From an uncultured Desulfospira sp. (GTDB taxonomy: Bacteria; Desulfobacterota; Desulfobacteria; Desulfobacterales; Desulfobacteraceae): a stretch of 64,000 nt of DNA. Below, piece after piece: positions 20,452-30,300 of this stretch. Location: NCBI GenBank assembly GCA_963663165.1, contig OY760175.1:1152001-1216000 (forward strand). The letters are read 5' to 3'. Made by a program: the position numbers and the translations under genes. The notes under the pieces are model-generated. The model worked only from the letters and a program-made list of their open reading frames with translations. It did no database searches and had not been told where the DNA came from. How positions within the stretch are numbered: the stretch's first letter is position 1; each line of letters starts with the position of its first letter.

Positions 20452-20530
20452 AACTGACTTCCGGTCAGTTAACTATATTATAATTAACCAGCGGTCATCT
20501 GTCAACTGACAAATGACCACTGGTCAATTA
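20452..20530. promoter_or_regulatory. Cluster of TGAC-N5-GTCA-type palindromes (TetR-like operators)
   Basis: aactgac-ttccg-gtcagtt, plus a 24-bp-arm inverted repeat at 20481-20530 containing two further boxes. Confidence 0.55.
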
Positions 20531-20732
20531 TTTTTTTCGTCCAAAATTCCGGTGTCGGCCCACAGGGTAAAACAACGCCCGGCTCATGTTCATCCCCCCA
20601 TAATTTCGCGGATAGTGAACCTTGAAATATTACGGGTTGTCATTTGGGCTCTGATACATCTATAATGTGGACACATGCCGACAAATACATGATGTTCAAT
20701 ATCCGCAAAAGTTAATGAAGAAAGGAGTTCAA

Positions 20733-22238
20733 ATGCCGGCCCAAACTGTTGTTGTTGCCGGATGGGGACAGGTAACCCAGCCAAAACACCTTGAAACCAA
20801 AGCCAAAGACCCCATGGGACTGATGGCCCAGGCCTCCTGGACGGCTGCCGGAATGCTCAAGAATCCCAAATGCTTTGCCGCTGTGGACGGCCTGTTTGCC
20901 GTAAAAAGCCTGAGTGCCTATTATAAAACCCCGGCCCTGGATCTTGCCCGGCAACTGGGGCTCAATCCCAAGGTGTCCTTGGAATCCCACATCGGCGGCA
21001 ACTCCCCCCAGGCCCTGATCAACCGGGCGGCTGGAATGATCGCCAGAAAAGAACTGAACATGGTGCTTGTGGCCGGTGCAGAGGCCTATGTTCCCCGGGG
21101 GAATGATGAGGCCGGCAAAAGAGACGGCAATGCGCTGTTAAAAGGGGTTCCCGAAGATTATAAGGCAGATGACGCCTCGGGTGCCACCCCCTTGGAAATC
21201 CGATACGGCATTGAGCATCCCATCCATGGGTTTCCGTTGTTTGAAACAGCGCTCTGGGCTGAGTCAGGACTTGACCTTAAGACCTATATGACCAAAACAG
21301 CCGCCATGTGGGCCGGGTTCAGCCGTGTGGCCAAAGACAACCCCTATGCCTGGAGCCGCACCCCCCGGTCCCCTGAAGAAATCCTGACTGTTTCCAAGCA
21401 AAACCGGCCCATTTCCTTTCCCTATCCCAAATACATGAATTCTTTTGTGACCGTGGATCAGGGGGCTGCCGTCATTCTCATGTCAGAGGAACTTGCCGAC
21501 GATCTTTGCCCTTCCGCCGGAAACCGGATCTACTTTTGCGGGGGCGGATCGGCCAGGGACCGGCAGCCCTATATCATCCAGAAAACAGACTTTACCGTCA
21601 GCCATCCGTTAAAGGCTGCGTCGGATCAGGCCTTTGAGGTCTCAGGGGTCCACCTGGACCAGATTGAGGCCTTTGACCTGTACTCCTGTTTTCCCTGCGC
21701 TGTCAATATGGCTAAAAAAATGCTGGGGATTGCGGATGAGGATCCCCGCCCCCTGACACTGACCGGGGGACTGGGATTTTTCGGCGGCCCGGGCAACAAC
21801 TACAACCTTCATGCCGTGGCCACCCTGTGTGAACAAATCTATTCTGGACGGCTGCAGACCGGTATGGTCACCGCTTTGGGCTGGTTTCTGCAAAAGCATG
21901 CCGCCGGCATCTATTCTGCCCTGCCCCCCCAAAAGGCCCTTGACGCCATGGGACTGGAAGATGAAAAAGGCCACCTGGCCGGCCCCCCTCCCATGGACAT
22001 TGACCCTGATCCCGCCGGCAACGGGTGTATAGAGACCTACACCATTGTTTACAACGTGGACCAGACCCCGGCATATGCGGTGATTTACGGGAAAACCGAG
22101 GCGGGAAAAAGGTTTATCGCAAGGTCTTTGGATACCCCCGAAACCTATAATCGGCTTTCCGGCAGCCCTATGGTGGGAAGGCGTGTATCACTTGAACATG
22201 ACCCAGACTTAAGCATGACGGTCGCCGGGTTTAAATAG
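20733..22238 (+). CDS. Thiolase-like (acetyl-CoA acetyltransferase-like) protein
   Basis: GGNSPQ, VDQGAAVIL, DLYSCFP, LTGGLGFFGGPGNNY; RBS aaggag before ATG 20733. Confidence 0.85.
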   Translation: MPAQTVVVAGWGQVTQPKHLETKAKDPMGLMAQASWTAAGMLKNPKCFAAVDGLFAVKSLSAYYKTPALDLARQLGLNPKVSLESHIGGNSPQALINRAAGMIARKELNMVLVAGAEAYVPRGNDEAGKRDGNALLKGVPEDYKADDASGATPLEIRYGIEHPIHGFPLFETALWAESGLDLKTYMTKTAAMWAGFSRVAKDNPYAWSRTPRSPEEILTVSKQNRPISFPYPKYMNSFVTVDQGAAVILMSEELADDLCPSAGNRIYFCGGGSARDRQPYIIQKTDFTVSHPLKAASDQAFEVSGVHLDQIEAFDLYSCFPCAVNMAKKMLGIADEDPRPLTLTGGLGFFGGPGNNYNLHAVATLCEQIYSGRLQTGMVTALGWFLQKHAAGIYSALPPQKALDAMGLEDEKGHLAGPPPMDIDPDPAGNGCIETYTIVYNVDQTPAYAVIYGKTEAGKRFIARSLDTPETYNRLSGSPMVGRRVSLEHDPDLSMTVAGFK

Positions 22239-22319
22239 TATTTGATTAAAACCCGGGCCCGGCCCCTTCATTATCGGGGTTTCAGCTCACAAAGTTGCAT
22301 ATACAAGAGACAAAGACAA

Positions 22320-22351
22320 CGGCGCTTACAACCTTGAGATTGTAAGCGCCG
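22320..22351. terminator. Intrinsic terminator hairpin
   Basis: cggcgcttacaa-N8-ttgtaagcgccg followed by a T-run, between convergent genes. Confidence 0.7.
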
Positions 22352-22394
22352 CCATTTTTTGCAACAACTGGAATGAATTTTCGTTCGGCCCCGC

Positions 22395-23852
22395 CTAATT
22401 GGTCAATATGGGCATGCCCATGATGGGCCAGATCACCTTGACGGCGAGGGCCACCACGACCATGAGAATCACACTGGCCGGAATGCCGTACAAGAAGAAC
22501 TCACCTGTGGTAAACTGCTTTGAGTCATAGGCAATGGCATTGGGCGCCGCCCCCACCAGCAGCAGGAAGGGCATACCCGCCGTCACCAGGGCAGCAAACA
22601 AAATGACTTCCGGAGCCACGTTCAGATAAGGTGCGATCACCAGGGCTACCGGCAGGGAGATGGCTATGGCCGCCACGTTCATGATAAAGTTGGTCATGAT
22701 CATGACAAAAAAGGCAATGGACAAAATAAAAATAAAAGGCGGCGAACTCTGGAACATGGTCAGCCAGTTGATGGCCAGCCACTCGGCCGCCCCGGTTTCC
22801 CAGAGGCAGAACCCGATGCTCATGGCCCCGCCGAACAGCAAAATGATGTTCCATGGAATGGCTTCAAGGTCTTTGATGTCCAGAATTTTCAAGACAAAAA
22901 ACAGGACCGTGGACACCAGGATAATCCCGTTTTTGTCCAGGGGTTTGAGGGCCGGGACAAACTGCTTGACAGACATGACAAAGATACAGACAAAGATAAT
23001 GGTGGCGGCCAGGATCTCCTGGGTGGTCAGTTTTCCCATGCCGGCACTCAGTTTCTTGGCCTTTTCCCTCAACCCCGGGATGGTGGCTTTTTCCGGCTTG
23101 AAAAAAATCATGAAAAATCCCCACAGCAGAAATGTCATGCCCCAGCCAATGGGGAACATATAATAGGTCAGCTCAAAAAAGCTGATATCCCGGCCTGCAA
23201 TATCCTTGAAAAATCCCAGGGCCACAGCGCCCCGGGCCGCACCGAGCAGGGTGATGATACTGCCGGCACCGGCCACAAAGGCCATTCCCATGAACAGGCC
23301 CTTGCCGAACTTGGTGGGCTTGTTATCCTCGGTGTACATGGCATAAATCGTCATGAGCAAGGGGAACATGGTGGCGGCCACGGCCGTATGGGCCATGATA
23401 TGGGTTAAGGCTGCCGTGACCACAAAACAGCCCAGGTAGATCATGCTGGTCTTTTCCCCCACAATGGCCAGCATTTTATAAGCCAGCCGCTTGGTCAGCC
23501 CGGTTTTGGTAAACACCATGCCGATAACCAGGGAACCGAAAATAAACAGTACGGACGGGGTCATAAAGTCCTTTAGCGCCTTTTCCGCAGGCCTGACCAT
23601 GAACAAAACCTGTAAGGCGCCAATGGCCAGACTGGTGATGCCGATGGGAATGACCTCAAATACCCACCAGGTCCCGGCCAGTAAAAAGATGGCCAAGGCA
23701 CCCTTTCCCTGCTGGCTCAAAACAAAATGCTTACCTGCCGGATCTATGGCATCCGGCCATGGCGGGGCAAAGTTGACAATACCAAACAAGGTGACGCCGA
23801 TGAGCAGAAAAACTACCCGTTTCCAGTCAAAACTCAATGCTGTTTTCGTCAT
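22395..23852 (-). CDS. SLC13/DASS family anion permease
   Basis: Polytopic membrane protein; IPWNIILLFGGAMS and AAPNAIAY motifs. Confidence 0.88.
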   Translation of the reverse strand: MTKTALSFDWKRVVFLLIGVTLFGIVNFAPPWPDAIDPAGKHFVLSQQGKGALAIFLLAGTWWVFEVIPIGITSLAIGALQVLFMVRPAEKALKDFMTPSVLFIFGSLVIGMVFTKTGLTKRLAYKMLAIVGEKTSMIYLGCFVVTAALTHIMAHTAVAATMFPLLMTIYAMYTEDNKPTKFGKGLFMGMAFVAGAGSIITLLGAARGAVALGFFKDIAGRDISFFELTYYMFPIGWGMTFLLWGFFMIFFKPEKATIPGLREKAKKLSAGMGKLTTQEILAATIIFVCIFVMSVKQFVPALKPLDKNGIILVSTVLFFVLKILDIKDLEAIPWNIILLFGGAMSIGFCLWETGAAEWLAINWLTMFQSSPPFIFILSIAFFVMIMTNFIMNVAAIAISLPVALVIAPYLNVAPEVILFAALVTAGMPFLLLVGAAPNAIAYDSKQFTTGEFFLYGIPASVILMVVVALAVKVIWPIMGMPILTN

Positions 23853-23877
23853 GTTCTTATTGATCTCCTCACTTGAA

Positions 23878-23981
23878 TTAGCTTTTAGCTGTTAGCTGTT
23901 AGCTGTTTAGCTTTTAGCTGTTAGCTGTTAGCTTTTAGCTGTGCCGGCCGGCTCAAGGCTAATGGCTAACAGCTAATGGCT
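23878..23981. repeat. Heptamer tandem repeat (TTAGCTG/T, about 9 units) followed by inverted units
   Basis: ttagctt ttagctg ttagctg ttagctg...; then gctaatg gctaaca gctaatg. Confidence 0.85.
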
Positions 23982-24177
23982 TCTATATAATTAGACATCC
24001 GGTCTAAATTCCAAGTATCAGCAAACTGTTTCATTTAGAAACGATCCTTAAATAAGATGAGAATCTGTTTTTTGTCAAGCAAAGAGTCGCAGGTTAGAAA
24101 AAAATTAGGGCCCCGGGCTTTGAAACTTATTAATATTTGACAAGGGCTTCAAACAAAGGTAAATCTGCTTCCAGGTC

Positions 24178-24278
24178 TATATGAAAGACTCACTAACATC
24201 TTGAGAAGACCTTTATTATTTGTTATGGGCGGTTCTTGGTTGGATAACCAAGACGGGCCCGTGGCCGTTATTCAGGCC
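24178..24278 (+). repeat. Dispersed ~95-bp intergenic repeat, copy 2
   Basis: Matches copy 1; ends about 25 bp before trkA. Confidence 0.85.
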
Positions 24279-24301
24279 ACCGTTAGATTCAGGGGAAAAG
24301 C

Positions 24302-25666
24302 GTGAAAATTATCATAGTCGGTGCCGGTGAGGTCGGCTACAACATAGCCAACCGTCTGGCGTCTGAAAACAAGCATGTGATTGTGATTGACAAACACCCG
24401 GAAGCGGCCCGGCGCCTTGAAGAAGATATTGATGTCCAGGTGATCACCGGCTCCGGGGCAAGCCCCAGGGTTCTAACCGAGGCCGGCATTCAGGAGGCCG
24501 ATATTCTCTTGGCCGTCACCGACAGTGACGAGGTCAACCTGGTGGCCTGCATGATGACCGATATCCTGTCCCCTTCCACCAAAAAGCTGGCCCGGATCAG
24601 GAACTCCGATTTTGACGAGTACCATAAAATCTTCCGGAAAAACATTCCCAACATCGACACCATTATCAACCCTGAAATCGAAGTGGTAAAAACCATTCGA
24701 AAGCTGATGGAAGTGCCCCAGGCCGTGGATGTGGGAAGCTTCATTGACGGCCGGGTCAATTATGTGGGGATCCGGCTGACCAAAAATTCGCCCCTGGCCG
24801 GCATGCACCTGGTGGATTTTCACGACAAATTCGGCGATGACCGCCCGTTGATCGCCGCCATTGTCCGGCACAACGAGGTGATTGTCCCCCGGGGCGGCCA
24901 TAAAATCGAACCCGGGGACCTGGTTTATTTTGTCTCAGAAAGCGATAAAGTAGAACAAACCCTTAAGTTATTCGGCATCCGGATCAGCCCCATTAAAAAC
25001 GTGCTGATTATCGGCGGCGGCCATGTGGGGGCAAGGCTTGCCACCATTCTGGATAAGGACGGCATTAAAACAAAGATCATTGAATCAGACGCCCAAAGGT
25101 GCCGGGAACTGTCCGAACAGATGGAAAAAACAGTTGTCCTGCATGGGGATGGATCAGACCAGAAGCTGTTTTTAGAAGAAAATATCCGTCAAAGTGATGT
25201 GGTGGTATCGGTCACCAATGACGACGAAACCAACGTACTGGTCTCCCTGCTGGTGAAAAATTTAGGCGTAAAAAATACCATCACACGGATCGGCAAGTCA
25301 GATTACTATCCGCTGCTGGCCACCTTAGGCATTGAAAAGGTCGTGTCTACTCGTCTTTCAGCGGTCAGCTCCATTCTTCAGGATGTCAGAAAAGGCCAGG
25401 TGCTTTCCGACATATCCATTTTCGGGGAGCGAGGCGAATTCATTGAGGCCATTGCCCTTGAAACCTCGGACCTGACCAACCGGCCGTTGAAGAAGATTCC
25501 CTTTCCCAAAGGGGCCCTTCTGGTCTGTATTATCCGGGACGATCAGGTGACCCTTCCCACCGGTGAAAGCGTGATCAACCCCGGTGACCGGATTATCTTA
25601 TTCGCCGTTCAGCAAGCCGTCAAAAAACTGGAAAAGCTGTTAACCGTTAAACTGGACTTTTTCTGA
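24302..25666 (+). CDS. trkA: Trk potassium uptake protein TrkA
   Basis: Two RCK units (GAGEVG; GGGHVG), 454 aa. Confidence 0.95.
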   Translation: MKIIIVGAGEVGYNIANRLASENKHVIVIDKHPEAARRLEEDIDVQVITGSGASPRVLTEAGIQEADILLAVTDSDEVNLVACMMTDILSPSTKKLARIRNSDFDEYHKIFRKNIPNIDTIINPEIEVVKTIRKLMEVPQAVDVGSFIDGRVNYVGIRLTKNSPLAGMHLVDFHDKFGDDRPLIAAIVRHNEVIVPRGGHKIEPGDLVYFVSESDKVEQTLKLFGIRISPIKNVLIIGGGHVGARLATILDKDGIKTKIIESDAQRCRELSEQMEKTVVLHGDGSDQKLFLEENIRQSDVVVSVTNDDETNVLVSLLVKNLGVKNTITRIGKSDYYPLLATLGIEKVVSTRLSAVSSILQDVRKGQVLSDISIFGERGEFIEAIALETSDLTNRPLKKIPFPKGALLVCIIRDDQVTLPTGESVINPGDRIILFAVQQAVKKLEKLLTVKLDFF

Positions 25667-27117
25667 TGCGCTGGAGGTTTATCGCCAGAATCATCGGCAT
25701 TCTCCTGGCCTTTCTGGGCTTTGCCATGGTGGTCCCCTTAGCCAGCAGCCTGATCTTTGGGGACAACGCCTTCAAGGGCATGTTAAGCTCCATCAGCATT
25801 ACCTTAGGAACGGCCACAGGACTGATCCTTTTATCCAGGAAAAAGAACGAAGACGCCTATATCAATCAACGGGAAGGCATGGCCGTGGTGGCTTTGGGAT
25901 GGGCAGCCATCGGATTTTTCGGGTGCCTGCCCTTTTATTTTGCCCCGGGATTTACCGGGTTTACCGATGCCGTGTTTGAGTCCGTATCCGGCTTTACCAC
26001 CACGGGATCATCCATCATGACCAACATTGAAGGCATGGTGCCCAGCGTCCTGCTCTGGCGAAGCCTGATCCAGTGGCTGGGGGGCATGGGAATTATCGTT
26101 CTGTCCCTGGCCATTCTCCCTTTTCTTGGGGTTGGTGGTATTCAGCTTTACAAGGCCGAGGTGCCCAGCCCGGTTCCGGACAAGCTCACCCCGCGATTAA
26201 CCGATTCAGCCAAAATCCTCTGGATGGTCTACGCCGGTATTACTGTGCTGGAAATTATCTTTCTGCTGGCCGGGGGCATGCCATTTTTTGAGGCCCTATG
26301 CCACTCACTGACCACCCTTCCCACCGGGGGGTTTTCTCCCAAAAACGCCTCTATCGCCCATTACGACAGTGTTTATTTTGATATGGTCATTACCGGATTC
26401 ATGCTGCTGGCCGGGATCAACTTCTCCCTTCATTACCAAATTCTCAAAGGCCGGACCCTGGCCTTCTGGCAGGATACGGAATGCAAAATATTCCTGGGCT
26501 CTGTCCTTGTCCTGACCCTGGTGGTGACCTGGAATACCTGTGGCGCCGTCTATGAAACCGTTGGCACGGCCTTCCGGTTTTCCTTTTTTCAAATTGCCTC
26601 CATCATTACCACCACCGGTTTTGCCACGGCCGACTATGAGCTGTATCCGGGGTTAAGCCAGATTATTATCTTTGTCTGCATGTTTTTAGGGGCGTCCGCA
26701 GGCTCCACAGGCGGCGGCATGAAATTTGCCCGGATCATCGTATGTGTTAAGTATTGTTACCGGGAATTGTTCAGGCTTATTCACCCGAGAAGCGTCCAGG
26801 TCATTAAATTGAACAACCAGGTGATCCGGACCGAAGTGCTTCACGCCATCATGGGGTTTTTAGCCCTGTACATCCTGGTGTTCATTCTGGCCAGCGCCAT
26901 TTTAGCGGCCATGGGGCTGGACATGATGACAGCCTTTGGGGCTGCCGCCTCCTGCATCGGCAATATCGGCCCCGGATTCGGCACCGTGGGCCCTGCCGAA
27001 AACTTTGCCCACCTGCCCTGCGCGGCCAAATGGCTGTTATCCTGGTGCATGCTGCTGGGACGATTGGAAATTTATACCTTTATCATTCTGTTAGTACCGG
27101 AATTCTGGCGAAACTAA
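25666..27117 (+). CDS. trkH: Trk potassium uptake protein TrkH
   Basis: FESVSGFTTTG, WLGGMG, TGGFS, TTTGF, GSTGGGMK, GNIGPG, GRLEI. Confidence 0.95.
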   Translation: MRWRFIARIIGILLAFLGFAMVVPLASSLIFGDNAFKGMLSSISITLGTATGLILLSRKKNEDAYINQREGMAVVALGWAAIGFFGCLPFYFAPGFTGFTDAVFESVSGFTTTGSSIMTNIEGMVPSVLLWRSLIQWLGGMGIIVLSLAILPFLGVGGIQLYKAEVPSPVPDKLTPRLTDSAKILWMVYAGITVLEIIFLLAGGMPFFEALCHSLTTLPTGGFSPKNASIAHYDSVYFDMVITGFMLLAGINFSLHYQILKGRTLAFWQDTECKIFLGSVLVLTLVVTWNTCGAVYETVGTAFRFSFFQIASIITTTGFATADYELYPGLSQIIIFVCMFLGASAGSTGGGMKFARIIVCVKYCYRELFRLIHPRSVQVIKLNNQVIRTEVLHAIMGFLALYILVFILASAILAAMGLDMMTAFGAAASCIGNIGPGFGTVGPAENFAHLPCAAKWLLSWCMLLGRLEIYTFIILLVPEFWRN

Positions 27118-27233
27118 GGTATTTGGCCCCAAACTTACCCATCTGCTGCGTTGCTGCGAAAATCTGCAATCCCCATAACCACAAGGTTCCATACCTCAGA
27201 AACAGAGTGAATTTATTCAAAAAAAATTGTAGC

Positions 27234-27330
27234 ATGAAAGTCTTCCCAACATCCTGAGAAGACTTTCATTTTTTGTTGTGGACAGTTCTTGGTTGGATAA
27301 TCCAAGCCGTCCGTGACGGTTATTCAGGCC
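27234..27330 (+). repeat. Dispersed ~95-bp intergenic repeat, copy 3 (diverged)
   Basis: tgaaagtcttcccaacatcctgagaagacttt...ttcttggttggataatccaag...gttattcaggcc. Confidence 0.75.
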
Positions 27331-30300
27331 CTACTCAATCGCCGGGCATTGATCATAGGTGAGATCTTCGCAGGCCGACACGTCACTGAACCATACGCCG
27401 CCAAGTTCTTTACACTGTTCATTCGTTCTTGCGTCCACACATCTCATATTCGGGCTTTGGTTAAAACTAAGACAGCAGGCGCCCACCGGGTCCTGGGTGG
27501 TTTCGCATTTAAATTCAGGATCGGAACATTGATATCCATCAGAAAACCGCCCGTTTAATTCTTCACAATCCGTTTTCCGCATAAAGTCTTCACACTGGAC
27601 ACCATATTCATTTTCATAACAGCAGGCGCCAATGAGGGTACACTTTTCTGATCTGATCAGCATTTCGCATGTTATCTTTTCATCTCCATGTTGATACCAT
27701 TCACCGCCAAGCACCTCGCACTGGGCATTTGTCCTGTCATCAAGGCAGCTTATGGTTGCCCCGTCAACGTTACTGAGGCAGCAGGCACCTAAATCCGGAC
27801 TGCCGTAGCATCCAGCGTCGGCACACTGTGTGTTTGGATAGAACTTTCCGGATAATTTGTTACAATTGGTTTCCAGCATCCAGTTGGCGCATTTGGCACC
27901 TGTCGTATCTTTATAGCAACAGGCCCCATAGGGCGCGCATTCAGTTTCTGAAAGATATGCACAGACCCCGTCTTCACTCCATGAACCCTGGAGGATCTTA
28001 CATTTATACTCTGTCAGGTTGTCCAGACATTGTACCGGGAATACACCAGACTCATTTACATAGGAAATCTTGGGATGGCAACAGGAACCGGTGGCCGCAG
28101 GAACCGGACACTCTTCAGATGTCAGGTCTGAACACAGGCGATCGGCAAAGAAGGATCCGCCGGCATCAGAACAGTCACTGCCGGTCACATTGTCATTGCA
28201 CATCGCAGTGGTTGTGCCCCCGGACACCATGGTTATACAACAGGCCCCGGTGGCCTCTGCAATGGCCGGGCATTGCCCATAGGTCAGTTCAGAGCACTGG
28301 ACACCGTCTTCGTCCCCGTCTTCCGGCTCGAACCAGGTGCCGCCGATACTGGCGCACTGGATCTGGGTTCTTGCATCAATACACCTTACCGGCGTGATCG
28401 CGTCCGAATCCTCAGTGGTCAGACAGCAGGCACTCACCACCGGGGGATCTACACATCCGGCCTGGGCACAGGTCTCATTTGGATGGAAGGTTCCGGATAG
28501 CTTGGCACAACTGGTTTCCAGCATCCAGTTAGCACATTTCGTCATACCAGTGGAGGTGTCTTTATAACAACAGGACCCATAAGGCGGGCACTCTTCTTCG
28601 GTGAGGTCCGCACAGATCCCGGCTTCAGACCAGGCCCCCTGGAGCAGCTTGCATTTATATTCGGTCAGGCTGTCCAGGCATTGCACCGGGAACACCCCGC
28701 TTTCGTTCACATAGGATATTTTCGGATGGCAGCAGGACCCGACGGCTGCCGGGCGCGGGCACTCCTCTGAGGTCAGATCCGAACACAGGCGGTTGGCATA
28801 AAGAGATCCGCCAGCGTCAGAACAGGCCGAACCGGTCATGCTGTCAAAACAGTTGGCTGTGGCTGAACTGCCGGAGCCGTAGCTCACGCAGCAGGCCCCT
28901 GACAACTCGGCGACTTCCGGGCATTGTGCATAGGTCAGATCCGCACAGGCTTCTTCTTCATGCCAGAAACCGCCAAGAGCGGTACACTGGGCCAGAGTTC
29001 TGGCGTCTAGGCACCTTACAGGGGTTGAAAGGCCTGAAGACGTAAGGCAGCAGGCGCCGGTTGAAACAGGGCCCGGACAACCGCTTGTCCCTGTCAGGTC
29101 TGAGCATTTCTCATTTGGATGGAAGGTTCCGGATAATTTATCACAATTGGTTTCCAGCATCCAGTTGGCACATTTATCCGCTGTACCGTCGTTATAACAG
29201 CATCCGCCATAGGACGGGCACTCTTCCTCTGAAAGGTCTTCACAGATGCCCCCTTCATTCCAGGTTCCCTGAAGCAGCTTGCATTTATATTCGGTCAGGC
29301 TGTTCAGGCATTGTACCGGAAACACCCCGCTTTCGTTGACATAGGAAATTTTCGGGTGGCAGCAGGACCCGACGGCTGCCGGACGCGGGCACTCCTCTGA
29401 GGTCAAATCCGAACACAGGCGGTTGGCATAAAGAGATCCGCCAGCGTCAGAACAGGCCGAACCGGTCATGCTGTCAAAACAGTTGGCTGTGGCTGAACTG
29501 CCGGAGCCGTAGCTCACGCAGCAGGCCCCTGACAACTCGGCGACTTCCGGGCATTGTGCATAGGTCAGATCCGCACAGGCTTCTTCTTCATGCCAGGAAC
29601 CGCCAAGAGCGGTACACTGGGCCAGGGTTCTGGCATCTAGACACCTTAAGGATGTTGAAAGGCCGGAAGATGTCAGGCAGCAGGCTCCGGTTGAAACAGG
29701 GCCAGGACAACCGCTTGTCCCCGTCAGGTCTGAGCATTTCTCATTTGGATGGAAGGTTCCGGATAGCTTGGCACAACTGGTTTCCAGCATCCAGTTGGCG
29801 CATTTATCCGCTGTACCGTCGTTATAACAGCATCCGCCATAGGACGGGCACTCTTCCTCTGAAAGGTCTTCACAGATGCCCCCTTCATTCCATGTGCCCT
29901 GAAGCAGCTTGCATTTATATTCGGTCAGGCTGTCCAGGCATTGCACCGGGAACACCCCGCTTTCGTTCACATAGGATATTTTCGGATGGCAGCAGGACCC
30001 GACGGCTGCCGGGCGCGGGCACTCCTCTGAGGTCAGATCCGAACACAGGCGGTTGGCATAAAGAGATCCGCCGGCATCAGAACAGGCCGAACCGGTCATG
30101 CTGTCAAAACAGTTGGCTGTGGCTGAACTGCCGGAGCCGTAGCTCACGCAGCAGGCCCCTGACAACTCGGCGACTTCCGGGCATTGTGCATAGGTCAGAT
30201 CCGCACAGGCTTCTTCGTCATGCCAGGAACCGCCAAGAGCGGTACACTGGGCCAGGGTTCTGGCATCTATACACCTTAAGGATGTTGAAAGGCCGGAAGA

